DNA of 64,000 bases from Candidatus Taylorbacteria bacterium RIFCSPLOWO2_01_FULL_48_100 (GCA_001821135.1 MHSA01000012.1:6341-70340), one strand, 5' to 3'; positions 28,143-38,143 are shown, numbered from the stretch's first letter. Program-made: numbers and translations. Notes: generated from the letters alone by a model not told the origin.

Positions 28143-30622
28143 CATTCACAGATATAAAACAATCCACAAAAGTGTATCGTCTTGGAGTTGCGATTGAGCG
28201 ATTTTTTCCTCTGCCGTCGCGCCTTCGCCTTGCGCGCGCGCTTGGTTTTTTCGTTATTGTTTCTTTGGCAGGCGCGCTCCTCTTTTCAATTTTCACCGCA
28301 AGTCCCGATTTTGCCGCGCGCCTCTCCGTATCCGAAGGATTGCTGACGTTTTTGCGCTATGCTCCCGGCGTTTTTTACATTGCGCTCGCCTGCTGGCTCG
28401 CGCTTTTTGCCGCGAACGCTTGTTACTATTCTTTCGCGTGCCACTCTCGCCCACCGCTTCTCCGCGAGCTGTTTTGGAAACCAGTGCCTCCCGTTTCTTT
28501 TGACGCGGCGGTCTTGATTGCGGAACTTTACGGAAACGATATTTTTCGGCGCTTCGCAGATGTTTTTTTAGGAAAGCAGATTTTCGCTCGGCTTGGAATT
28601 TCGCGTGCGGCAGTGCGCGCGTTTTTAGAGAAACCGCGCATCACAGTTTCGGCGGATACGCTTTCATTCTCACCAACAAACGGGCGTGCATTGCTGCTCG
28701 GGGATGTTGTTTTTGCTCTTTTCTCTCTTGATACGGACGGCGCACTTTTTCTTGCAGAACAAGGCGCATCCGTTCCTACCGCCATCGGCACGGCGGCGTG
28801 GGTTGAGCGCGGTCTTGCGAATATGCGCCGAAGCAGGCGCTTTTGGGGGCGTGAAAATTTGGGAAGGATTCACGGCATCGGCAAGGATTGGGCGTATGGC
28901 TCTGCGTGGCGGCTTTCGCGGTATGGTAAAGATATTTCTCTAGTTCCTGTATTTTCGCGAGTTGGGAGCGCCGAAGCCGCGCTTGCGGCGGATTCGGCAG
29001 AGCAAGTGGAATCCGTGCTTTCACGCGAGCGTGAGGCGAACGCGCTTCTAGTGGGCGATGTAGGTTCTCCTCGCGAAGCGGCAGTCGCTTTTCTTGCGGC
29101 GCGCATCAAGGAAGGGAGCGTACTTCCGCAGTTGGAGCACAAACGAATGATTGTTTTTGATACGGAGGCGTTTATAGCAGATACAAAAAACAAAACCGCC
29201 TTTGAAGGCGAGCTTATCCGTTTGTTTAAAGAAGTTGAATCCGCAGGCAATTTGATTATTATTATTCCTAATTTTCCTGAATTCTTGGAAAGCGCGGCAG
29301 GAATTGGAAGCGACGCGGTACGACTTATGGACGATTTTCTCGCCTCTCCGCGCATTCAACTTATTGCGCTCGCGGAAACAGGAGCTTTTCACCGCACGAT
29401 TGAGCCAAATGCAGAACTTATGAAGCGGTTTGAAAGGATTCTCGTGCCTCCAGCAGACGAACGCGCGGTTCTTCCGTATCTTGAAGATGAAGCGTTGCGT
29501 ATGGAAAGCGGCGGCAGGATTTTCTTTACATATCCGGCGATTGAAGCGGCAGTAAAATCAAGTGCACGGTATTTTATGGGCGATTCGCTTTTGGATAAGG
29601 CAACGGATGTGCTGTATGAGGCCGCGAGCAATGTGAGAAAAGAAAACCGCCGTGCTGTTTTGTCGTCAGATATTTTAGCGGTAATTGAGAAGAGGACTGG
29701 CGTACCTGCTGGTGCGCTAACCGAGTCCGAGCGAACATCGCTACTTGAACTGGAATCAAAATTGCGTACGCGCGTTGTGGGGCAGGACGAAGCACTCGCG
29801 GCGGTTGCGGGCGCGCTTCGGCGCGCCCGCGCGGGCATTGCGAATCCAAACCGTCCGTTCGGCTCATTTCTATTTCTCGGACCGACAGGAGTAGGAAAAA
29901 CAGAAACCGCGAAGGCGCTTGCGTCTTCTTTTTTTGGGACGGAAGACGCAACACATCGGCTTGACCTCTCCGAATATAGGACTGCGGATGCAATGGAGCG
30001 GCTTATCGGTTCGTTCGCAGTAGGAAAGCAGGGTGTACTTTCATCGCTTTTGCGCGAAAAGCCGTACGGCGTTCTCCTTTTAGATGAGTTTGAGAAGACG
30101 ACCGTGGAAATCCGGCACTTGTTTTTACAGGTACTTGATGAAGGATTTTTCACTGACTCGTCGGGCAAACAGGTCAATTGCCGCAATCTTTTGATTATCG
30201 CGACATCAAATGCTGGGAGCGACCTTATTTGGAACGCCGTGCGGCATGGGAGCGATTTGCAAGATGAAAAAAGGCGGATTATAGACGCGCTTATTGAACG
30301 CGGCGCGTTCACTCCGGAACTTCTTAACCGTTTTGATGGCGTCGTGCTATTCCAACCGCTTGTGGGGAAAAATCTGCGCACTGTAGCTAAGCTTATGCTA
30401 CAAAAGCTTGTGAAGCGGCTCAGCGAGCGCGGCATTTTGTTTGTGCCGACCGAGCGGCTGACGGACTTTGTGTCGGATGCAGGCGCCGACCCGCAGTTTG
30501 GCGCGCGTGCGATGCAGCGCGCAGTGCAAGACAAAGTAGAGCGCGCGATTGCCGACAAAATACTTAAAGGCGATATACGCCCCGGCTCGCGTGTAGAATT
30601 GTCGCCAGAAGAATTGCATTAA
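28139..30622 (+). CDS. membrane-anchored ClpA/ClpB-like AAA+ ATPase with degenerate first nucleotide-binding domain
   Basis: C-terminal D2 domain is intact (GPTGVGKTE Walker A, LLLDEFEK Walker B, sensor and arginine finger). The D1 region has a non-canonical Walker A (GDVGSPRE) and Walker B (IIIIPNFPE). N-terminal ~280 aa contain TM helices. Confidence 0.75.
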   Translation: MTFTDIKQSTKVYRLGVAIERFFPLPSRLRLARALGFFVIVSLAGALLFSIFTASPDFAARLSVSEGLLTFLRYAPGVFYIALACWLALFAANACYYSFACHSRPPLLRELFWKPVPPVSFDAAVLIAELYGNDIFRRFADVFLGKQIFARLGISRAAVRAFLEKPRITVSADTLSFSPTNGRALLLGDVVFALFSLDTDGALFLAEQGASVPTAIGTAAWVERGLANMRRSRRFWGRENLGRIHGIGKDWAYGSAWRLSRYGKDISLVPVFSRVGSAEAALAADSAEQVESVLSREREANALLVGDVGSPREAAVAFLAARIKEGSVLPQLEHKRMIVFDTEAFIADTKNKTAFEGELIRLFKEVESAGNLIIIIPNFPEFLESAAGIGSDAVRLMDDFLASPRIQLIALAETGAFHRTIEPNAELMKRFERILVPPADERAVLPYLEDEALRMESGGRIFFTYPAIEAAVKSSARYFMGDSLLDKATDVLYEAASNVRKENRRAVLSSDILAVIEKRTGVPAGALTESERTSLLELESKLRTRVVGQDEALAAVAGALRRARAGIANPNRPFGSFLFLGPTGVGKTETAKALASSFFGTEDATHRLDLSEYRTADAMERLIGSFAVGKQGVLSSLLREKPYGVLLLDEFEKTTVEIRHLFLQVLDEGFFTDSSGKQVNCRNLLIIATSNAGSDLIWNAVRHGSDLQDEKRRIIDALIERGAFTPELLNRFDGVVLFQPLVGKNLRTVAKLMLQKLVKRLSERGILFVPTERLTDFVSDAGADPQFGARAMQRAVQDKVERAIADKILKGDIRPGSRVELSPEELH

Positions 30623-30642
30623 ATTTATGTTATCATCTTGCT

Positions 30643-31695
30643 ATGAAATCCAAAGAAAAACAGGAAGGGTTTTCGGCGTTGTATCGGAAATATAGGCCGC
30701 GGGAGTGGGACGAAGTGGTGGGGCAGGAGCATGTTGTAGATGCACTTCAGGGCGCGCTTGCGCTCGGGAGGGTCTCGCACGCGTACCTCTTTGCGGGCGC
30801 GCGCGGGACGGGGAAGACATCCGTCGCAAGAATTTTAGCTAGAGCTCTTAAAACAGCCGAAATTGACCTATATGAAATAGACGCGGCATCCAGCCGAAAG
30901 ATTGATGATGCGCGCGAACTTCGCGACACGGTGCTGTCGCTTCCGTTTGAATCGCCGTATAAAGTGTACATTCTTGACGAAGTGCATATGCTCACAAAAG
31001 AAGCGTTCAACGCGCTCCTCAAAACGCTGGAGGAGCCGCCTCCGCATATCGTCTTCATTCTCGCCACGACGGAAATTGACAAACTGCCGGAGACGATTGT
31101 GTCACGATGCGAACTCCATTCATTTCGGAAGCCAAACCAAAAGATGCTGGCAGAAATTGTGTCGCGCGCGGCAAAAAAAGAAGGGTACGATATAAGCCGC
31201 GCGTCTGCGGAGCTCATTGCGCTTCTGGGCGACGGCTCGTTCCGCGATGCGTACGGCATTTTGCAGAAAACAATTACTATCTCGGCTGATAAAAAGATTT
31301 CAGAAGAAGAAGTGCTGCGCGTAACAGGCGCGCCAAAGGGAGACATTGCAAATCGCATTATTCAATCCCTAGCCGAGCGCAATACAGAGAAAGGGCTTTC
31401 GGCGATTGCGGAAGCAGTCGCGGCGCACGGAGACATGAAGATATTTGCGAAGCTTATTTTGCAAAAAATGCGCTTTGCCCTGCTTTTGCGCATCGCGCCG
31501 GAAATGGAAAAAGAAATTGCGCGCGAACTCTCCGAAAGCGACTTTGCATTTCTGAAAAAAATTCCCGCAAACGGACTTACCTCGCAGACACTTCTTACTT
31601 TTCTTGAATACTACGACCTTATTGGCCGTTCTCACATTTCACATCTTCCACTTGAATTGGCTGTTATAAAGGTTTGCGAGACGGCAAAAAAATGA
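30643..31695 (+). CDS. dnaX: DNA polymerase III subunit gamma/tau (short form)
   Basis: LYRKYRPREWDEVVGQEH, GTGKTS, DEVHML and SRC motifs. Confidence 0.85.
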   Translation: MKSKEKQEGFSALYRKYRPREWDEVVGQEHVVDALQGALALGRVSHAYLFAGARGTGKTSVARILARALKTAEIDLYEIDAASSRKIDDARELRDTVLSLPFESPYKVYILDEVHMLTKEAFNALLKTLEEPPPHIVFILATTEIDKLPETIVSRCELHSFRKPNQKMLAEIVSRAAKKEGYDISRASAELIALLGDGSFRDAYGILQKTITISADKKISEEEVLRVTGAPKGDIANRIIQSLAERNTEKGLSAIAEAVAAHGDMKIFAKLILQKMRFALLLRIAPEMEKEIARELSESDFAFLKKIPANGLTSQTLLTFLEYYDLIGRSHISHLPLELAVIKVCETAKK

Positions 31696-31752
31696 TATGT
31701 GTATAACTTAAGTATTAGAACAGTGATATGATACTATAATAAATAGTGTCTA

Positions 31753-32442
31753 TTGTTCATGATACAAAAAACAAAAGAAAAGGAAGAAGCACTTACTTTA
31801 AGACGAAATGGAATGTCATATAGCGAGATCTTGAAACGAATTTCCGTTGCAAGATCAACCCTATCACTTTGGCTTCGAGATGTTGGTTTATCGCAGAGAC
31901 AAAAGCAATGCCTAACCGAAAAGAAACTTAAAGGAATGGCGCGTGGTTGGGCCAATATTCGAAATAGAAGAATTAGAAAATCAGAATATATAAAAGAAGT
32001 TGCTCGCGCTGAAGCGGAGCAACTTATAATTGATCCGTTGTGGCTAACTGGAGTTGTTTTGTATTGGGCAGAGGGCGGTAAAGAAAGAAAATGGCGAACA
32101 GGTGAGAAGGTTTCTTTTTCCAATATGGAGTGGCGTATGCACGCCATCTTTCTTAGTTGGATTTTTCAATATGCAGGAAAGGGTATGAATGATTTAGTTT
32201 TTGAGATTTATATTCACGAAAGTGCAGATATAAGGTTGGCTAGGAAATATTGGTCAAGATTACTAAAGATAAAACCAATAGAACTTAGAATTTACTTAAA
32301 GCGGAAGAATAACAATCCACACAGGCACAATATTAATAATGAGTATCATGGTCTTTTGCGTATTTGTGTTAGAAGGAGCGTTGATCTGAATCGAAAAATT
32401 GCCGGATGGATTGAAGGTGTGGTACAGTATTTTAGTAAATGA
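31753..32442 (+). CDS. HTH-domain protein, possibly a homing-endonuclease-like nuclease
   Basis: N-terminal HTH (MSYSEILKRISVARSTLSLWL). AT-rich. The motif LWLTGVVLYWAEGGK is LAGLIDADG-like but lacks the acidic residues. Ends 5 nt before tRNA-Gln. Confidence 0.35.
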   Translation: MFMIQKTKEKEEALTLRRNGMSYSEILKRISVARSTLSLWLRDVGLSQRQKQCLTEKKLKGMARGWANIRNRRIRKSEYIKEVARAEAEQLIIDPLWLTGVVLYWAEGGKERKWRTGEKVSFSNMEWRMHAIFLSWIFQYAGKGMNDLVFEIYIHESADIRLARKYWSRLLKIKPIELRIYLKRKNNNPHRHNINNEYHGLLRICVRRSVDLNRKIAGWIEGVVQYFSK

Positions 32443-32447
32443 TACAT

Positions 32448-32518
32448 TGCCGGCTCGTCTAACGGTAGGACGTCTCCCTTTGAAGGAGAAAATTGGGGTT
32501 CGATTCCCTGGCCGGCAG
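32448..32518 (+). tRNA. tRNA-Gln(UUG)
   Basis: Cloverleaf folded by hand: acceptor tgccggc/gccggca, anticodon loop cuUUGaa, T-loop ttcgatt. CCA not encoded. Confidence 0.8.
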
Positions 32519-32736
32519 TCAGTTTGAGATACATTTATTATTCATTGCGGCTGGTAAATTTACACAATTTTATAGAATAATTACCAATTATTAAATAACA
32601 AAGAAATTGAGTTTGCGAGAAAAATACAAAATGATTTCTGTAAAAATAAGATATTTTAATCTTTTATACTACCCTCAAACAACATGTAAGCAATCACGCA
32701 GTTGATTTTTTTGAGAGAAGAGTATACGATAGTTTT

Positions 32737-33639
32737 ATGAAGACAGTGTCAATTTTTCTAGGAAGCGCGTTTGTAATCTTTTTTGTAGCGCAAAATGCGC
32801 TCGCGCTTGCGCTTGTTATTCCATCACCGAAAACGGTCGGCGCGCCGCTCGCGCTCACAATTGAAGAAGACGGCGATACGATGATTGACGGTGCGCGCAT
32901 AACGCAAATTACCGGCTCAACAATTTTCGCGTCTCAATATTGGGGTACCCTTCCTGTGCGTTGGATTATTCGTACGGATGCGAAAACATCTATTAAACAT
33001 CGCTTTGGAAATCCTATTGTGATGTCTCAATTGGCAGTCGGACATTTTATAAGCGTAGAAGGAAGTTTCAACGGCAGTTCCGACTCGCTCGGTATTGATG
33101 CGAAATCAATAAAAAATTGGTCGGTATCAACTGAAGGTTCTTCTTTTGCCGGAACTGTTGTATCTGTTCCTGATGCTGGAGGGGCGTTCATTCTCCAAAT
33201 TGGAGACGGAAGTACCGTGTTCGTGAAGCCGAAAGCTACTTCAACGATAATGCGTGGCGTGGTTTCAATAATGCCAGCGGCGATTGCGCTCGGCGACCGC
33301 GTGCTTGAGACGACGGGCGTATACAACCACATTGACCGCTTGCTTTCCGCCGAGAATGTAAAGATTTTTCAGGATAAGCAGAAATTCTCACCGCGAAACT
33401 TTGAGGGGAAACTAGTTCGGCTGGACAGTATCAATCTGCCTACTATTATGGTGGTGAATGTTGGCGGGAAGGAATACACAGTGCATCTACCCGACAAAAC
33501 AATCATTCTGCGCAAAGATAAAGCAAAGACAACTCTCCAGCGATTTGTGGCGGGCGATACAGTGCGTTTTTACGGAGCGATTCGCGAAGCGGAGTGGTCG
33601 GTTGTAGATGCGGAAGTTGTTAGAACGCTTGAATTTTGA
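32737..33639 (+). CDS. secreted/anchored hypothetical protein with internal repeats
   Basis: N-terminal signal/anchor sequence. Repetitive beta-rich domain architecture. Confidence 0.45.
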   Translation: MKTVSIFLGSAFVIFFVAQNALALALVIPSPKTVGAPLALTIEEDGDTMIDGARITQITGSTIFASQYWGTLPVRWIIRTDAKTSIKHRFGNPIVMSQLAVGHFISVEGSFNGSSDSLGIDAKSIKNWSVSTEGSSFAGTVVSVPDAGGAFILQIGDGSTVFVKPKATSTIMRGVVSIMPAAIALGDRVLETTGVYNHIDRLLSAENVKIFQDKQKFSPRNFEGKLVRLDSINLPTIMVVNVGGKEYTVHLPDKTIILRKDKAKTTLQRFVAGDTVRFYGAIREAEWSVVDAEVVRTLEF

Positions 33640-33654
33640 TACATTACTCCTGTT

Positions 33655-33737
33655 GCGCCGGTCGTATAGCGGCAATTACAGGAGACTGTAAATCTCCCGA
33701 CCGTTGGTCTACGCTGGTTCGAGTCCAGCCCGGCGCA
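33655..33737 (+). tRNA. tRNA-Tyr(GUA), class II with long variable arm
   Basis: Acceptor gcgccgg/ccggcgc, anticodon loop cuGUAaa, variable arm cgaccgttggtct, T-loop ttcgagt. Confidence 0.8.
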
Positions 33738-33748
33738 TTTTTTACCTT

Positions 33749-34912
33749 ATGAATACGAATGTACGATCTGGTTTGCGCACTTGGATTGAGATTGACCGAG
33801 AAGCAATACGGCACAATTTTACCATATTCAAGAAATTGCTCGCGCCGAAAACAAACCCGCCACGAGTCGGTCGGGTAAAGCTTATGGCAGTTGTGAAGAG
33901 TAACGCATATGGCCACGGGCTTGTTGATTTTTCTAAAGAAATGGAAAAACTCGGTGCGGACTTTCTCGGTGTGGACTCTATGACCGAAGCGCGCGCCTTG
34001 CGACGAGAGGGAATCACTCTCCCAATTTTAGTGCTCGGTTACACTATGCCGGAGTTGTTTGCCGAAGCCGCTAGCAACAATATTTCTTTGACTGTTTCTT
34101 TTTTTGAGACATTAGATGCATTCAAAGAGGTAAAATTCGCCAAACTGCTCAAGATTCATATTAAAGTTGACACAGGAATGCACCGGCAGGGATTTTTGTT
34201 CGGAGAACAAAAATCCCTGATGTCAAGAATAAAAACTCAAAAGTCAAGAATTATCGTAGAAGGTCTTTATACGCACTTTGCAAATGCAAAGAATCCCGCA
34301 TTTCCTGCTGATACGCGCACACAGATTACGGAGTTTGATAAGTGGATTGCTGCGTTTAATAAGGCAGGTTTCAAACCAATTGTTCACGCGAGCGCAACGG
34401 CAGGTGCTATGCTCTTTCCAGAAGCGCATTACGATATGGTACGCATTGGTATCGGGCTGTATGGGCTTTGGCCCGCGCGCGAAGCGCGCGCGTTTCTGCA
34501 GGACAAAATATCTTTGCGTCCTGTTCTTGAGTGGAAGTCAATTGTAAGCGAAATAAAAAAGATTCCGAAAGGCGCACGCATTGGTTACGACTTTGCGGAG
34601 ACATTACAAGCAGATACTACTATCGCTATTATTCCGGTCGGGTATTGGCACGGGTATCCGCGCGCGCTTTCTGCAATTGGGCGTGTGCTGATTAAAGAAA
34701 AAGAATGTAGAGTGCTTGGCCGCGTCAGTATGGATATGTTAATTGTTGATGTAACTGGCGTAAAAAATCTGCGCGTCGGCGACGAAGTGGTTATTATAAG
34801 CAACGACCAAACATCTCCCGCTTCTGCTGAAGGTATTTCGCTACTCACCGACAGTTCATGGTATGAAACCGTTACGCGCCTGAACCCGCTCATAAAGAAG
34901 ATTTACATTTGA
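33749..34912 (+). CDS. alr: alanine racemase
   Basis: PLP-binding site (AVVKSNAYGHG). Overall Alr fold motifs. Confidence 0.85.
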   Translation: MNTNVRSGLRTWIEIDREAIRHNFTIFKKLLAPKTNPPRVGRVKLMAVVKSNAYGHGLVDFSKEMEKLGADFLGVDSMTEARALRREGITLPILVLGYTMPELFAEAASNNISLTVSFFETLDAFKEVKFAKLLKIHIKVDTGMHRQGFLFGEQKSLMSRIKTQKSRIIVEGLYTHFANAKNPAFPADTRTQITEFDKWIAAFNKAGFKPIVHASATAGAMLFPEAHYDMVRIGIGLYGLWPAREARAFLQDKISLRPVLEWKSIVSEIKKIPKGARIGYDFAETLQADTTIAIIPVGYWHGYPRALSAIGRVLIKEKECRVLGRVSMDMLIVDVTGVKNLRVGDEVVIISNDQTSPASAEGISLLTDSSWYETVTRLNPLIKKIYI

Positions 34913-35022
34913 CACACAGTCAAGATTGTGTATAATATATGTCAGTCGAAAATATGCTGATTCTGCCTTGCGGCAGGGCTGTTTTCGCAAAAGTTCATTG
35001 TCAGTAGAAGAAACAAAAACAA

Positions 35023-36471
35023 ATGAAAAATCAAAGATACCTTATTGTGCTACTTCTTTTCGTTGCAGCGTTATTCACGCTTACCGTAAACCTCACCGCC
35101 GCCATCAGTGTTCAGAAGGTGTGGCAGCCGGACTCGCAATTGGCTCCTGCCAATACACGGGTCAGCTTCATGCAGTTCTTGCTTTTATCCGACACCACAG
35201 AGCGTGTGGACGGGATTACCATTCAAACGACAGGCACAGATGTATCCGTATACCGCCAGTCTTTGCTGGAAAACGGGTTCGGAGATATTGTTGGGACAAT
35301 AGGCATTAGGGAGAGTAACACCCAGTTTATGCCGCTTTCTTTAATCGTGAAGGCGGGTGAGCCGGTTTATTTGACACTAAAAGGAGACATGGAGCGGATT
35401 ATTGATTCTGGATACAGCGGAACGATTATTGGCACCGATGTGGTCGCAATCTGGACAGGCGCAACTGTTTCGGGTTCATTGCCGTTGGTGGGTACGCGCC
35501 ATACAGTGAACACATCTCTACAAGTAGGGGGAATCACCTCTACTGGTAGGAAAGGTTCTCATCAAAACATCACCGCGGGCGAAAATCAGGTTTTGGGAAG
35601 TATTGAAGTGACCACTTCCTCTGCAGAAAATATGCTTGTATATGGATTGCCGATTGAAATTCATTCAACTGGAGGAGACCCATCGCGGATTAGAAATTTG
35701 GTGGCAATGGACCAAAACGGAGCAATTATCGCGTCATCTCGCGGTACTAGTGTCTTACGCAAAGAGTATGGACATGCAATGTTCGCGCTTTATTCGGAAA
35801 AAGGCGGTATTGTTCTACCAAAAGGAACATCCACCATTTTCTTTAAGGGTGATACAACCGACGCGTTTTCGCGCGGTGGTACGATTGCGGTTGAAACCAA
35901 TCCGTCAGAATGGAATGCCTACGGCGTTCTTTACGGTTATCAAGGCGCTGTATCTGGTCTTGGTTCCGTATTAAGCGCAACTAGCTTTGTGCGAGTGCCG
36001 CGGTTGGATGTGAGTACGACTTCGCCACAGTATATGCAAGTGAACGCTGGCACCTTACAAGTGCCGACGCTCTCAATCTTGCTTGATGCAACAAAGTCAA
36101 GCGAAGACATACGGGTAACGCAAATTCCGATTCTCATGGTTACTTCGCCACAATGGAAACGCGATTTATCGCAACTGACACTATATGACGGCTCAACTTT
36201 GATAAGTTGGTTCCACGACGATTTGGGATTAGATGACGGCATCGCCCAACTCACACTTTATTTTGGGGCAAATGGGTTTGTGGTGCCGAAAGGTACTGCA
36301 AAAACCGTTACTGTTAAATTAAATATCAGTCCAAACGCAATCGGGTTCTACGGTATTGCGTTGGGTGATTTCGCAAATGTTGATGGTGTGGCGCTACAAA
36401 GCGGCAAAACACCAACGATGTCTGTTACGATTGGATATACGATTGTGCATGCTCAGTCCGGCAAGGGTTAA
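35023..36471 (+). CDS. large secreted hypothetical protein
   Basis: Signal peptide (MKNQRYLIVLLLFVAALFTLTVNLTAA). Ser/Thr/Gly-rich beta domains. Terminator downstream. Confidence 0.45.
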   Translation: MKNQRYLIVLLLFVAALFTLTVNLTAAISVQKVWQPDSQLAPANTRVSFMQFLLLSDTTERVDGITIQTTGTDVSVYRQSLLENGFGDIVGTIGIRESNTQFMPLSLIVKAGEPVYLTLKGDMERIIDSGYSGTIIGTDVVAIWTGATVSGSLPLVGTRHTVNTSLQVGGITSTGRKGSHQNITAGENQVLGSIEVTTSSAENMLVYGLPIEIHSTGGDPSRIRNLVAMDQNGAIIASSRGTSVLRKEYGHAMFALYSEKGGIVLPKGTSTIFFKGDTTDAFSRGGTIAVETNPSEWNAYGVLYGYQGAVSGLGSVLSATSFVRVPRLDVSTTSPQYMQVNAGTLQVPTLSILLDATKSSEDIRVTQIPILMVTSPQWKRDLSQLTLYDGSTLISWFHDDLGLDDGIAQLTLYFGANGFVVPKGTAKTVTVKLNISPNAIGFYGIALGDFANVDGVALQSGKTPTMSVTIGYTIVHAQSGKG

Positions 36472-36490
36472 GTTTTAGATTCTCACGCGA

Positions 36491-36522
36491 CCGCGCAAAC
36501 GAAAGTTTGCGCGGTTTTTTAT
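36491..36522 (+). terminator. rho-independent terminator
   Basis: ccgcgcaaac-gaaa-gtttgcgcgg followed by TTTTTT. Confidence 0.7.
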
Positions 36523-36544
36523 TGTGTGATAATCTACAAAAACT

Positions 36545-36703
36545 ATGTCCCAAGACCGACTTATCAAACTCGTATGTCCTTCGTGCAAGAGGGTTAATTA
36601 TTGGAGCGAGAAAAACAAGAAGAAAGTAGAGCGCAAGATAGAACTAGCGAAGTTTTGTAACTGGTGCAGGAAGCGCACGAAGCACAAAGAGGCGAAGAAG
36701 TAA
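36545..36703 (+). CDS. rpmG: 50S ribosomal protein L33
   Basis: 52 aa, hand-translated: KLVCPSCKRVNYWSEKNKKK...FCNWCRKRTKHKE. Below the ORF-track size cut-off. Confidence 0.8.
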   Translation: MSQDRLIKLVCPSCKRVNYWSEKNKKKVERKIELAKFCNWCRKRTKHKEAKK

Positions 36704-36705
36704 AT

Positions 36706-36777
36706 CGGGCCCACCAGGACTCGAACCTGGAACTCTTCTTTTGGAGAGAAGTGTTTTGCCATTGAAACTATAGGCCC
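36706..36777 (-). tRNA. tRNA-Trp(CCA)
   Basis: Minus strand. Acceptor gggccta/tgggccc, anticodon loop cuCCAaa, T-loop ttcgagt. Its 5' end overlaps the miaA stop region by ~10 nt. Confidence 0.8.
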
Positions 36778-37748
36778 TCGTGCTCAAGCATATCAAATAT
36801 TTGCTTTTTTTGCGATGGGAGAAACCACTGTATTTCTTTATTTCTTTTAAACCAAGTCATTTGCCGTTTGGCGTAGAGGTATATTTCCGTTTGCAACTTC
36901 TCAATCATTTCTACTTTAGTCATATATCCGCGTAAGTAGCGCGATAGATATCGGTACTCAAGTCCGAGCGATTCCATCCGTTTCCACGACAGGCCGCGCT
37001 TATGTAGCCGCCGCGCCTCTTCTATCATTTTATACCTTCTAATTCGCGCGAATAAGCGCATAGAGATTTTCTTTTTTAATTCCGCGGGTGGAAGTGTGAT
37101 GCCGAGCCATACAACATTAAGCGAGCGGACAAAGGCAAGGCGTTCTGAAAAACTGGGGTGGGGGCGTGGCCATTCAATTCTGATTGAATGGGGGGGTCCG
37201 CCTGAGGCGGACAGAACGCTCTTGTCGGCGTCCGCGAGCGCGATTTCGATTGCACGCACAAGACGACGCGGATTGTGTGAATCTATTGTTTCCGCGCGGT
37301 GCTTGTTAAGTGTTTTGAGAAGTGCGAATAATTCCGGCGCGGATTTTTTCTCCAGTTTTTTGCGGAGCGCGGGGTTTGGCGGCACATCGGGAATTTGAAC
37401 GCGCCCGAGCGCGGCGTCTATATAGTGACCCGTGCCGCCGCAGATAATAGGGAGGCGGCCGCGCGCAAAAATCTCTGAGATTTTTGCGCGAGCAAGTTTT
37501 TCATAATCCGCCGCCGTGAATTGTTTTTTCGGATACGCAACATCAAGAAGGTGGTGGGGGACTCTGCGCATTTCTTTTTTGGTAATTTTACCAGTGCCGA
37601 CATTGAGTCCCTTGTACACCTGCCGTGAATCGGCAGAAATTACCTCGCCGCAAAATTTGCGCGCAAGCGTTACCGCGAGCGCGCTTTTTCCACTCGCCGT
37701 CGGTCCGACAACGACAATTATTTTTTTCTTTTTCCGTTCACTGCGCAT
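36768..37748 (-). CDS. miaA: tRNA dimethylallyltransferase
   Basis: P-loop (VVVGPTASGKS) and MiaA core. Confidence 0.85.
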   Translation of the reverse strand: MRSERKKKKIIVVVGPTASGKSALAVTLARKFCGEVISADSRQVYKGLNVGTGKITKKEMRRVPHHLLDVAYPKKQFTAADYEKLARAKISEIFARGRLPIICGGTGHYIDAALGRVQIPDVPPNPALRKKLEKKSAPELFALLKTLNKHRAETIDSHNPRRLVRAIEIALADADKSVLSASGGPPHSIRIEWPRPHPSFSERLAFVRSLNVVWLGITLPPAELKKKISMRLFARIRRYKMIEEARRLHKRGLSWKRMESLGLEYRYLSRYLRGYMTKVEMIEKLQTEIYLYAKRQMTWFKRNKEIQWFLPSQKKQIFDMLEHEGL

Positions 37749-37793
37749 ATACTCTGTTCTCGTCTTGTGCTAATTATCCACATCTTTCTTTAT

Positions 37794-37815
37794 CTTCTAA
37801 TTCGCGCGAATTAGA
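37794..37815. promoter_or_regulatory. perfect 22 bp palindrome ttctaattcgcgcgaattagaa upstream of arsR-like gene
   Basis: Read directly. A second near-perfect copy lies at 38144-38165 and a partial copy at 37030-37050. Candidate operator. Confidence 0.5.
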
Positions 37816-37825
37816 AAGTAAGGGT

Positions 37826-38101
37826 ATGATGTATCGTATCATGAAAGAGTATGAACGGATATTGAAAGCGCTGGCGAATCGGAGACGATTGGCTATTGTG
37901 GCGTTTCTTAAGAAAAAGCGCGAGGCGACCGTGGGTGATATTGCTGAACAAATTAAACTGTCCTTCACTTCAACCTCAAAACACTTGAACATTCTTTCCC
38001 GCACCGACATTTTAGATAAACGCCAAGTAGGACTTGAGGTCTATTATTTTATCGGTAAGAGCGTGCCGCCAGTTATCGTGTCCGTTGTTGCACGGCTGTA
38101 A
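37826..38101 (+). CDS. ArsR/SmtB-family transcriptional regulator
   Basis: Winged HTH (ATVGDIAEQIKLSFTSTSKHLNILSRTDIL). Confidence 0.7.
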   Translation: MMYRIMKEYERILKALANRRRLAIVAFLKKKREATVGDIAEQIKLSFTSTSKHLNILSRTDILDKRQVGLEVYYFIGKSVPPVIVSVVARL

Positions 38102-38143
38102 CAAGGTGTTCTCACCACTTTCTTTTTTCCGTGTTTTTACTTA

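Noticed and set aside
28870-30558. Long antisense ORFs (161 and 389 aa) inside the Clp-like ATPase gene
   Set aside because: Antisense to a gene with conserved AAA+ motifs. Ser/Arg/Ala-rich low-complexity translations.
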